DNA of 32,000 nt from an uncultured archaeon (GTDB taxonomy: Archaea > Aenigmatarchaeota > Aenigmatarchaeia > GW2011-AR5 > JAHLMP01). Positions within the stretch are counted from its first letter, which is position 1, and every line of letters begins with the position of its first letter. Shown here piece by piece: positions 9,184-19,068 of the stretch. A program made the position numbers and the translations under genes. The notes under the pieces were generated by a model. The model did not search any database, was not told the origin of the DNA, and saw nothing but the letters and a program-made list of their open reading frames with translations. The stretch covers positions 18,061-50,060 of the forward strand of contig CAZSPP010000023.1 of NCBI GenBank assembly GCA_964608845.1. The letters run 5' to 3'.

Positions 9184-10986
9184 ATGAGTAAAATAAAAGG
9201 TAAGAGAGAAAAAATTGTTCCAGACACTTCAGTTTTAATAAATGGCACTCTATCAGAATTAATAGAAAAAGACGAAATAAAAAATGCTGAAATAATAATT
9301 CCTGAATTTGTTATTGATGAATTGCAAGCTCAGGCATCAAAAGGCTTAGTTATAGGATTCAAAGGTCTTGAAGAAATTAAAAAGATTAGAAATATATCCA
9401 AAGAAAAAAACATAAAAATTACATTTGCAGGAAGAAGACAAACTTTGGAAGAAATAAAATTGGCAAGATCTGGAAGAATAGATGCCTTAATAATAGATGT
9501 TGCTTTAGAGAAAAATGCGGTTTTATATACATCTGATATAGTTCAGGCACTAGTTGCAGAATCTAGAGGAGCTGAAGCGAGATACTTCAAACCTTATGAA
9601 AAAAAGGAAAAACTAAAAATAGAAAAACTTTTCACAGAAAATACTTTGTCTATACATCTAAAAGAAGGTGTCCCACCACTAGCAAAAATCGGAAGACCTG
9701 GAAATTTTAGATTAACAGAGTTGAGAAAAGAGCCTATGACTTCAGAAGAAATAGAGGAAATTATTAGTGAAATAATGAGTGCTGCAAAATATGAATCTGG
9801 TTTTATAGAAGTTAATGAAAGAGAAGCAACTGTTATACAATTAGAAAATTTGAGAATAGCGATATCTAGGCCTCCTTTTTCAGATGGTACTGAAATAACT
9901 GTTGTAAAACCTATTATAAAGTTAACCTTAGATGATTACAAATTATCTGAAAAATTAAAAGAAAGAATAAAGACAGGTGAAGGTATTATAATTGCTGGTC
10001 CTCCTGGCTCAGGAAAAAGTACATTAGCAGCATCTATAGCAGAGTTTTATGAATCATTAGGAAGAATAGTAAAAACAATGGAACAACCAAGAGATTTACA
10101 AGTTAATGAAAAAATTACCCAATATTCTAAGCTAAAAGGAGACTTTGAAAAAACTGCTGATTTCATATTGCTTGTTAGACCGGATTATACAATATTTGAT
10201 GAAATTAGAACAACGAAAGATTTTCTAATATTTAAAGATTTAAGGCTTGCTGGAATTGGTATGATTGGAGTTTTGCATGCAAATTCTCCAATTGATGCTA
10301 TCCAAAGATTTATAGATAGAATTGATTTAGGTATGTTATCGCATGTTATTGATACAATAATATTTGTAAAATTTGGTGAAATAAAAAAGGTTTATTCTCT
10401 TTCTCTTGTTGTGAGAACTCCAACAGGTATGCAAGACCCTGATTTAGCTAGACCTATTGTAGAAGTTAGAGATTTTTTAACAAATGAGTTAGAATATGAA
10501 ATATATAGTTTTGGAGAAGAAAAGGTTATATTCTCTGTAAAGAGAGAGGAAAGTCCAATAGAATTATTAGCAAAAGAGAGAATAAAAAAAGAAATCTCGA
10601 TTTTTGATAAAACCCCAGAAATAGAAATATATGGAAATAGGGCAATAATAAAAGTTGATAATAAAGTTATTCCAAAAATAATAGGAAAGAATGGTGAAAC
10701 AATTAAAAAAATTGAAAAAAGGCTTGGAATAGGTATTGATATAATTCCAAAAATAGTAACGATGAAAAAAGAGGTTGATTTTTATTTTGAAGAAAGTGGA
10801 AATTATTTTGTTTTTAAATTTGACAAATCCTTATACAATCACAAAATAAATTTTTATTCTGATAAAGAATTCATAATTTCTGCTATTGTTGGAAAAAATG
10901 GAATAGTAAAAATAAGAAAGGATAGTGAAGAAGGTAAGAAAATAGCAGCAAGTATCTTAAAAGGTTCTATAAAGGTTTTTGTTTAG
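9184..10986 (+). CDS. PIN domain - PilT-like ATPase - KH domain protein (archaeal COG1855-type)
   Basis: N-terminal PIN-like region (IVPDTSVLING...), Walker A IIIAGPPGSGKST, and a C-terminal KH-like IIGKNGETIKKIEKRLG. GGTGA lies 8 nt upstream of the ATG. Confidence 0.8.
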   Translation: MSKIKGKREKIVPDTSVLINGTLSELIEKDEIKNAEIIIPEFVIDELQAQASKGLVIGFKGLEEIKKIRNISKEKNIKITFAGRRQTLEEIKLARSGRIDALIIDVALEKNAVLYTSDIVQALVAESRGAEARYFKPYEKKEKLKIEKLFTENTLSIHLKEGVPPLAKIGRPGNFRLTELRKEPMTSEEIEEIISEIMSAAKYESGFIEVNEREATVIQLENLRIAISRPPFSDGTEITVVKPIIKLTLDDYKLSEKLKERIKTGEGIIIAGPPGSGKSTLAASIAEFYESLGRIVKTMEQPRDLQVNEKITQYSKLKGDFEKTADFILLVRPDYTIFDEIRTTKDFLIFKDLRLAGIGMIGVLHANSPIDAIQRFIDRIDLGMLSHVIDTIIFVKFGEIKKVYSLSLVVRTPTGMQDPDLARPIVEVRDFLTNELEYEIYSFGEEKVIFSVKREESPIELLAKERIKKEISIFDKTPEIEIYGNRAIIKVDNKVIPKIIGKNGETIKKIEKRLGIGIDIIPKIVTMKKEVDFYFEESGNYFVFKFDKSLYNHKINFYSDKEFIISAIVGKNGIVKIRKDSEEGKKIAASILKGSIKVFV

Positions 10987-11228
10987 CTTTCTAAAATTAT
11001 CATTTGGGGACAAAATTTTATATGATTCCTCAATGATGAAATTGATTTTGCTAAAATATTACTTTTAATTAATTTTTCTTTTCCATCCCATGGATCAAAT
11101 ATTTTGTATTTACTATTTATTTTTTCAAGAATCGTAATAAAATGAGGGTAATGATAAACTCTAAACAAATAATAAGAATCTACATATAATATCGGATGCT
11201 TATTAATAAATTTGTTTATTAATTTCAA
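10983..11228 (-). CDS. C-terminal half of a C39-like papain-fold cysteine peptidase (His/Asp part)
   Basis: YHYPHFITILEKINSKYKIFDPWDGKE matches the C39 pattern Hxxxx...DPxxG. It begins at a TTG that overlaps the stop of the upstream ORF (TTGA). See finding. Confidence 0.55.
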   Translation of the reverse strand: MKLINKFINKHPILYVDSYYLFRVYHYPHFITILEKINSKYKIFDPWDGKEKLIKSNILAKSISSLRNHIKFCPQMIILES

Positions 11229-11509
11229 ATTGATTTTTTAACTTCGGTTTTAATTTTTGAAGAAGATTTTATCTTTTTTACATAATAGTAAAATTTCTTA
11301 TTATCTACAATTCTTCTAATTTTAACATTAAAGTTTTTAGCAATAAAATCTAGATGACCAATAACAAAATCGTGCTTGCTAAATTTTAAAGAATGAATCA
11401 AACAATTAAGCTCAAATTTTTTAGAAATTTTTATATTTTTAATTCTTTTTACAGCTTGCAAAATACAACAAGCTAAGCAGCCTTCATAAGTTGATTGAGC
11501 TCGTTTCAT
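11225..11509 (-). CDS. N-terminal half of a C39-like papain-fold cysteine peptidase (Gln/Cys part)
   Basis: QSTYEGCLACCILQAV matches the C39 oxyanion-Gln/nucleophile-Cys spacing (Q-x5-C, compare QxxxxDCGxA). It ends right after an A6 run. Confidence 0.55.
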   Translation of the reverse strand: MKRAQSTYEGCLACCILQAVKRIKNIKISKKFELNCLIHSLKFSKHDFVIGHLDFIAKNFNVKIRRIVDNKKFYYYVKKIKSSSKIKTEVKKSI

Positions 11510-11560
11510 ATTTTAAAATAAGTTTGAGAGGATATAAGATTTTAAAAAAGAAAATATTTG

Positions 11561-11583
11561 GAAGAAAATTAAAAAAAGAAAAA
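11561..11583 (-). terminator. Oligo-T tract immediately downstream of the thermosome gene
   Basis: Read on the minus strand just after the stop codon: T5-C-T7-AA-T4. This is the archaeal intrinsic-terminator style of oligo-U signal. Confidence 0.4.
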
Positions 11584-13212
<1,629 letters not shown>

Positions 13213-13304
13213 ATCTTATCACCTTTAGATATAGTAAAAAGTAGTATATATTAAAATTAAAAAGGAGTAAAATTTAAAAATTATTTACAAGCGATGGTGA
13301 ATTT

Positions 13305-13613
13305 ATGAGTATTTATTCTATTTTACCAATATTATTATTTATTTTGAAGTATCTCCTTTCAATTTCATTATCGAGTTACATAATTTTACATAAAGCCGAT
13401 ATTAAAAAATCTCTTTTAATCTCCATAATAATCTTTTTGTTTTATTATTTCTCTTTCTATTATCGTTTTTTAATGAAATATCCTGAAATTCTTATTAAAC
13501 TCGTAATTTTTATTGTTTTATGTTTAATTTTTGTTGAAGGAAATAAGAAAGAAAAAGTTCTTGTCGGATTTCTCTCTTTCTTATTATTCTATATTCTTGA
13601 TTTATTTATTTAA
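13305..13613 (+). CDS. Hypothetical small integral membrane protein
   Basis: About three hydrophobic helices. GGTGA lies 6 nt upstream of the ATG. It fills the gap between conserved genes. No motif recognised. Confidence 0.4.
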   Translation: MSIYSILPILLFILKYLLSISLSSYIILHKADIKKSLLISIIIFLFYYFSFYYRFLMKYPEILIKLVIFIVLCLIFVEGNKKEKVLVGFLSFLLFYILDLFI

Positions 13614-14921
13614 TCATTCGGTCAGCTCCCCTTTTAAAAAACCTGCCTTTAAACCAACTATTCTAACTTTTACAAAATTACCGAAAATTTCTTTTGCCTT
13701 TCTTTGATCAACATTCTCTATAACTACTGGTTTAAAAGCGTAGTTTCTGCCAACCAAGCCTTCCCTTATTATATCATTAACTAATATTTCACCTTCCCAT
13801 TGTAACCACATACTATTTCTCTCTCTTGTAACCTCTTTTACAATTTCATGTAGAATTTTACTTCTCCTGCTTTTTGTCTTAGAATCTACTTGCTTCATAT
13901 AACTTGCTGGTGTACATTTATGCGAAGAAAATCTTGAAATATTAACCTTATCGGGTTTTAAAATCTTTATAATTTCTATTGTATCAAGAAAGTCTTCCTC
14001 CTTTTCTTCAGGATATCCTACAATAATATCAGTCCATATACTAATTTCTTTGAAATGTCTTCTAAACTTTTCACAAAAATCTAAAAACTCTTCTGTTGTA
14101 TATTCTCGATTCATTTTCTTTAATATTTTATTAGAACCGCTTTGTATTGGTAAATGTAAAAATTTGTATATTTTTTCAGACCTATAAACTTTAAGCAGCT
14201 TATTAGATATATTCATAACATTTTTAGGGTTCATCATTCCTACTCTTATAAAATATTTTCCAGGAACTTCTGAAATTATATCGTTTAGTAAATCTGGTAA
14301 TTTTGATACTTCATTCTCATCCATCCCATAACAAGAAACATCTTGGCCCGTAATATAAAATTCTTTTATTCCTGCTTCTCTATAAGATTTTATTTCGTTT
14401 ATAATCTTTTCTTTCGGATAAGAGAAAACATTCCCCTTAGCAAATTTTGTAGCACAAAAATAACAAAAAGAGTTGCAGCCTGAGCAGATAGGAATAATTC
14501 TTGTTACTTTACTTAAAAAAATTCTCGGATATCCTAATTTAATTTCCTTTCTTTGTCCTACATATTCTACTATTTCTCCTTTTAATATCTTTGATATAGC
14601 TTCTCCTATTTTTGTTATGTGGTTGGTGCTTACTATACTTATGTTTGGAAAATGTCTCTTTATTAGATTGAAATCTATTTCTGGTAAGCATCCTCCTATA
14701 ATAATCTTTTTTTCTTTATATTTTTCTTTTATTTCGTTTATTCTATAAATAATTTTTTTAATTGTTGTTTCTTTTACTCCGCATGTATTTATGATAACAA
14801 TATCTGCATTTTCAATATTTTTTGTTATTTCGAACCCAATTCTTTGTAATATTCCACCCATTATTTCTGATTCTGCAATATTATTTGTACATCCATATGT
14901 TTCTATGTAGATTGTTTGCAT
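13614..14921 (-). CDS. Radical-SAM methylthiotransferase, MiaB/MtaB (CDKAL1-like) family
   Basis: N-terminal MTTase cysteines (ETYGCTNN, INTCGV, IGGCLPE), radical-SAM CNSFCYFC, and a C-terminal TRAM-like FVKVRIVG. GAGGTG precedes the ATG at 14921. Confidence 0.85.
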   Translation of the reverse strand: MQTIYIETYGCTNNIAESEIMGGILQRIGFEITKNIENADIVIINTCGVKETTIKKIIYRINEIKEKYKEKKIIIGGCLPEIDFNLIKRHFPNISIVSTNHITKIGEAISKILKGEIVEYVGQRKEIKLGYPRIFLSKVTRIIPICSGCNSFCYFCATKFAKGNVFSYPKEKIINEIKSYREAGIKEFYITGQDVSCYGMDENEVSKLPDLLNDIISEVPGKYFIRVGMMNPKNVMNISNKLLKVYRSEKIYKFLHLPIQSGSNKILKKMNREYTTEEFLDFCEKFRRHFKEISIWTDIIVGYPEEKEEDFLDTIEIIKILKPDKVNISRFSSHKCTPASYMKQVDSKTKSRRSKILHEIVKEVTRERNSMWLQWEGEILVNDIIREGLVGRNYAFKPVVIENVDQRKAKEIFGNFVKVRIVGLKAGFLKGELTE

Positions 14922-14994
14922 CACAATTGCACCTCTATTAAAACTTTAAAAGGTTTGACATAATTAATTTTTAATTGTAGAGAGGTAGAGGTTG

Positions 14995-15828
14995 ATGGCT
15001 GACGTATTGCATGTTAAACAATCAGTTCTAGATGCACTTAAAGCAATAGGTCTAAACTTATATGAAAGAAAACTCTGGGTTGCTCTATTATTAAAAGGTA
15101 ATGCAACAGCAGGTGAACTAGCCGATTTGTCTAATGTTCCGAGATCAAGATGCTATGATGTATTAGAATCTCTTGCAGATAAAGGTTTTGTAATAATTCA
15201 GCCATCAAAACCAATGAGATATGTAGCAATAAGGCCTAGAGAAGCTTTAGAAAGAGCTAAAAAAAGATTACAACAAAAAACAGAAGAAATGATAAAAAGT
15301 ATAGATAGTATTGTTTCCAGTGGTGTATTAAAAGAATTGGAAAAAATATATGAGGAAGGAATAAAACTTGTTAAGCCAGAAGATTTCTCTGGCGCTTTAC
15401 GTGGAAGAGATGCTTATTTGGAGCATTTAGAAACTTTGATGGAAAATGCTAAAAAATCTGTTGATTTTCTTTTAACAGAGCAGGCGCTTCAAGAAATTTA
15501 TGAAAAAAAATTCAAGACTATTGAAAAGGTTGCAAGATCTGGTATACAAATAAGAATTGCCGCACCGATAAGCAAAAAGACTGAAAACATAGCAAAAGAA
15601 TTGAAAAAGTATGCTCAAATAAGAGATATATCAGATGTAGATCATGCAAAAAAACTTTTATCAAGAGTTTGTGCAATTGATGAAAAACATATAATATTAA
15701 GTTTAACAGATGATACGAAAACAAAACCGAATGAAGATATAGCTTTCTGGGCTCAGAGTGATCATGCAGCTTCTGATTTTTTCAAACCTATCTTCAACTT
15801 AATATGGGAGCGCGGTAAAGAAATTTAA
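14995..15828 (+). CDS. TrmB-family transcriptional regulator
   Basis: N-terminal winged helix LGLNLYERKLWVALLLKGNATAGELADLSNVPRSRCYDVLESLADKGFV. GAGGT lies upstream of the ATG at 14995. Confidence 0.8.
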   Translation: MADVLHVKQSVLDALKAIGLNLYERKLWVALLLKGNATAGELADLSNVPRSRCYDVLESLADKGFVIIQPSKPMRYVAIRPREALERAKKRLQQKTEEMIKSIDSIVSSGVLKELEKIYEEGIKLVKPEDFSGALRGRDAYLEHLETLMENAKKSVDFLLTEQALQEIYEKKFKTIEKVARSGIQIRIAAPISKKTENIAKELKKYAQIRDISDVDHAKKLLSRVCAIDEKHIILSLTDDTKTKPNEDIAFWAQSDHAASDFFKPIFNLIWERGKEI

Positions 15829-15836
15829 AAAATCTA

Positions 15837-17042
15837 TTAACAAACCTCAACATTATTATTAATTAAGTTCATACAGAATTTATGAATGTTTGAAAGTTCA
15901 ACATCTATAATCTCTTCTACTTTTCTTTTTATCTCTTCTATCGGTGTTTCATTGGTTATTATTTGAGCTGCTGCTATCATTGGTTTATCTATTGGTTCAC
16001 CTATCTGTGAAACAAGCCATATATAAACCTCTTTAACATCTACACTTTCATAAATTCTGTTTGCTATTTGATGAGAAAGTAAATTATATATTTTTCCTAT
16101 ATGACTAACAGGATTTTTTCCTGCTGCTGCTTCGCTTCCACTAGGTCTATTAAGAGGAATTAATCCATTCACTCTATTACCTCTTCCTACTTGACCACAA
16201 TCAGCATTTTCTGCACATGTTCCTGTAACAGTTAAGTATATTCCATCAATACCCCTTCCTTTTCTATCCAATGTATTTAAATAAACAAATGCTTTATATT
16301 TAGTTTTCTCTTTCACAAATTTTGAAATTTCTTCTAAAATTTCATCTTTTTTCCTAAAATAATCTTCCTCACTTTTAACAAATCTATCTATTAATGGCAT
16401 TGCTATTGTTAAATGAATCTCTCCATTTTTTCTTATACCCATAACCTTTACATCCTCTCCTGATTCGGGAAATCTTTTTTTAAACTCTTTTGAATTTATA
16501 AACTTCTCTGTTTCAAGAACTAGTTTTTCAGTTTCTGTTAGAGGAGCATAGCCAACAACAGCAGAAGTATCGTTTGCTCCAAAGACTTTTGTTTCAAAGG
16601 CTCTCTTAAATATATCTTGCAATGCTAAAGAACCTGGCTTTAATTCTATTTGGTATATCATATCTTTTTCAGGATCAACAAATCTTAAATGATTTTTTAA
16701 CCAATCTTTCGCTGTTTTTATTACAATTCCTTCAACATCTATTTTTTCTTTTCCAACGAAAAATGTTGCCCTATCACCAATAACCATTTTCATTGGTTTT
16801 AGGATTTCTCCACCTCCAAATCTTTGTTCTGCTTCTCCTGCAACAAGAAGACTTTTATCTATATTGTGATGATAGATAACTCCGAATCTTTTCAAATATT
16901 CTTTTGAAAGTTCTATAGAGATTTGATTCATCATAGAGTCGCATATATAATCTGGATGCCCTATTCCCTTTCTTTCAACTATTTCAACCTTTTGCTCTTC
17001 TACTGGTATTGATTTTAACTCTTCTATCACTATATTTCTCAT
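15837..17042 (-). CDS. mat: S-adenosylmethionine synthetase, archaeal type
   Basis: MRNIVIEEL...VERKGIGHPDYICDS matches the archaeal MAT N-terminus. I chose the ATG at 17042; the ORF track used the TTG at 17057. Confidence 0.92.
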   Translation of the reverse strand: MRNIVIEELKSIPVEEQKVEIVERKGIGHPDYICDSMMNQISIELSKEYLKRFGVIYHHNIDKSLLVAGEAEQRFGGGEILKPMKMVIGDRATFFVGKEKIDVEGIVIKTAKDWLKNHLRFVDPEKDMIYQIELKPGSLALQDIFKRAFETKVFGANDTSAVVGYAPLTETEKLVLETEKFINSKEFKKRFPESGEDVKVMGIRKNGEIHLTIAMPLIDRFVKSEEDYFRKKDEILEEISKFVKEKTKYKAFVYLNTLDRKGRGIDGIYLTVTGTCAENADCGQVGRGNRVNGLIPLNRPSGSEAAAGKNPVSHIGKIYNLLSHQIANRIYESVDVKEVYIWLVSQIGEPIDKPMIAAAQIITNETPIEEIKRKVEEIIDVELSNIHKFCMNLINNNVEVC

Positions 17043-17058
17043 TCCAATCTTTTCCAAC

Positions 17059-17078
17059 TTTTAAAAATTTTTAAAAAT
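17059..17078. promoter_or_regulatory. Tandem duplicated palindromic A/T box (TTTTAAAAAT x2) in a 58 bp divergent intergenic region; candidate back-to-back TATA boxes
   Basis: There are two exact adjacent copies at 17059-17068 and 17069-17078. They lie about 22 nt from the mat ATG and about 27 nt from the ATG of the downstream + gene. A third copy at 17093-17102 overlaps that ATG. Confidence 0.35.
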
Positions 17079-17100
17079 TATTTATTTGAAAATTTTAAAA

Positions 17101-18303
17101 ATGTTTGAATATCTTGTTTTTATCTTTATAGGAGTTTTCTTTGGAATTTTTGCTGGTCTTATTCCAGGAATACATCCTAATACAATTGCAATAATTTTTT
17201 CATCCTTATTTTTAAAAATATTTCCTGATTATATATCTTTCATTTGTTTTATTGTGTCTCTTGGAATATGCAATTCTTTTGTTAGCGCAATATCATCAAT
17301 CCTTTTTGGCGCTCCGGATAACGAAGATTCCTTAGCAGTTCTTCCTGGTCATAGATTGTTAATAAAAGGTTTGGGATATTTTGCAATTAAACTAACTGTT
17401 ATCGGAAGCTTATTTGGCTTTTTATTTTCTCTTTTTTGTTTTCCAATTTTTTACTATTTTATACCTATGATATACAATCGTGTTTCTTCTCAAATGCATC
17501 TTTTTCTTTTAATAATTGTAGCTTTATTGATTTTAACAGAAAAAGGAATGAAAAATAAAATTCTTGCAACTTTTGTTTTTTTAATTTCAGGGATTTTAGG
17601 AATTGTGGGAAATTCCTTGCCAATATCTCAAAATTATTATCTATTTTGTTTGCTTACAGGATTGTTTGGTATGCCTGTCTTATTTTTATCAATAAAAAAC
17701 AATACAAAAATTCCAGAACAAAATTTTCGTGATAGAAAGATTTCTTTAAAAAGCATAAATAGAGCAATAGTTTCAGGAGCTTTTGCAGGCACTTTGACAG
17801 GAATATTTCCCGGGGTAAGCGCATCACATGCAACTATAATATCAAATTTAACTAACAAAAGTGATGAAAGATTTCTTATTTCATTAGGAGCAGCTACAAC
17901 AACAAATATTATTTTCTCATTTATTTCTCTTTTTATTATTGGAAAAGGAAGGAGTGGTTTGGCTGTAATTATAAAAAATTTTGTTGATGTTGGATTAAAT
18001 GAATTTTTATTGATGATAATCATTTCGATAATATCTGCTGGAATTGCTTCTTTAGCAACTTTGAAAATCTCTAAAATTTTAATAAAGCAAATTGAAAAGA
18101 TAAATTACAATCTGCTTAATAAAGGTATTCTTTTATTTTTATTTTTTCTTGTTTTTTTGTTTGCAGGATTTTGGGGCATATTGCTTAGTGTTATTTCTTT
18201 ATCTCTCGGAATTTTTGTTAATATGAATAAAATAAAAAGAACTCATATGATGGGATCAATAATGTTGCCAGTAATTTTATTTTACATGCAAAGAAATATT
18301 TAG
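17101..18303 (+). CDS. Polytopic membrane protein, TctA/DUF112-like (COG1784-type)
   Basis: About 10 predicted helices. Repeated G-x-x-PG-hydrophobic segments (FAGLIPGIHPNT, LTGIFPGVSASH) resemble DUF112. I chose the ATG at 17101. Confidence 0.55.
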   Translation: MFEYLVFIFIGVFFGIFAGLIPGIHPNTIAIIFSSLFLKIFPDYISFICFIVSLGICNSFVSAISSILFGAPDNEDSLAVLPGHRLLIKGLGYFAIKLTVIGSLFGFLFSLFCFPIFYYFIPMIYNRVSSQMHLFLLIIVALLILTEKGMKNKILATFVFLISGILGIVGNSLPISQNYYLFCLLTGLFGMPVLFLSIKNNTKIPEQNFRDRKISLKSINRAIVSGAFAGTLTGIFPGVSASHATIISNLTNKSDERFLISLGAATTTNIIFSFISLFIIGKGRSGLAVIIKNFVDVGLNEFLLMIIISIISAGIASLATLKISKILIKQIEKINYNLLNKGILLFLFFLVFLFAGFWGILLSVISLSLGIFVNMNKIKRTHMMGSIMLPVILFYMQRNI

Positions 18304-18340
18304 AAAATTAAAGGTATTTCGATCAAAGATCTTTTATTGT

Positions 18341-19039
18341 TCATAGCCCTCTTATTATGCATTTTTTCACATATTTTTCCATAATTTTTTTTATTTTTTC
18401 CATAAATTCTTTTTCCGGCGGTTTTTCATTTATGTACTTTTTATCAATAACAGTTTCTGTTGGCATAAAAGATTGGAGAACATAAAGTTTGCACCCTTCA
18501 ATCAATTTTCCTATATCTTCAAAATCTTTTTCTGATAATAATGATTTTACAACAGTTGTCCTAAATTCGTATTCTATTGAAGAATTCATTATAATTTTTA
18601 TACTTTCTTTTATTTTTTCCGGATCTACTTTTACTCCAGTAACAATCTCATATTTAATTAATGGTGCTTTAATGTCCATTGCAATATAATCCAGAAGATT
18701 TTCTTTTAATAATCTTTTTATCATTTCTGGATTCGAGCCATTTGTATCCAACTTAACCAGAAAATTCATCTCTTTTATTTTTTTGATAAACGCTGACAAA
18801 TCTTCGTGAATTGTTGGCTCTCCTCCTGTGATAACAATTCCTTCAATTTTATCTATCCTTTTCTTAAGAAATTCGAATATCTTTTTTTCTTCAATTGGTT
18901 TTGTAAATAATTCTGGGATCACCAAAGAAGAATTATAACAAAAACCGCATCTAAAATTACATCCTTGTGTAAATATTATTGAAGATATTTTTTCTGGATA
19001 ATCTATTAAAGAAGTTTTCTGAAATCCGCCTATATTCAT
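18341..19039 (-). CDS. nrdG: Anaerobic ribonucleoside-triphosphate reductase activating protein (radical SAM)
   Basis: GGFQKTSLIDYPEKIS...QGCNFRCGFCYN, then GVVITGGEPT-like GIVITGGEPT. It lies 29 nt downstream of nrdD on the same strand. Confidence 0.88.
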   Translation of the reverse strand: MNIGGFQKTSLIDYPEKISSIIFTQGCNFRCGFCYNSSLVIPELFTKPIEEKKIFEFLKKRIDKIEGIVITGGEPTIHEDLSAFIKKIKEMNFLVKLDTNGSNPEMIKRLLKENLLDYIAMDIKAPLIKYEIVTGVKVDPEKIKESIKIIMNSSIEYEFRTTVVKSLLSEKDFEDIGKLIEGCKLYVLQSFMPTETVIDKKYINEKPPEKEFMEKIKKIMEKYVKKCIIRGL

Positions 19040-19068
19040 AAAATTATTTTAAACTTAATTTATTAAAT

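Noticed and set aside
9184-9600. The PIN domain as a VapC toxin of a toxin-antitoxin pair.
   Set aside because: The PIN region is the N-terminus of a 600 aa ATPase-KH fusion. There is no small upstream antitoxin ORF, since the upstream spacer is 51 nt and divergent.
11230-11245. A canonical programmed -1 frameshift signal at the junction of the split peptidase.
   Set aside because: In the zero frame, the A6 run is not phased as an X-XXY-YYZ heptamer, and I see no convincing downstream stem-loop in this A/T-rich stretch. Slippage or an assembly error remains possible, but a classical signal is not supported.
17059-17102. Repeated TTTTAAAAAT units as a possible CRISPR array or minisatellite.
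   Set aside because: There are only two adjacent 10 bp copies plus one nearby, with no spacers of CRISPR size. The repeat is pure A/T and sits exactly where divergent TATA boxes are expected.
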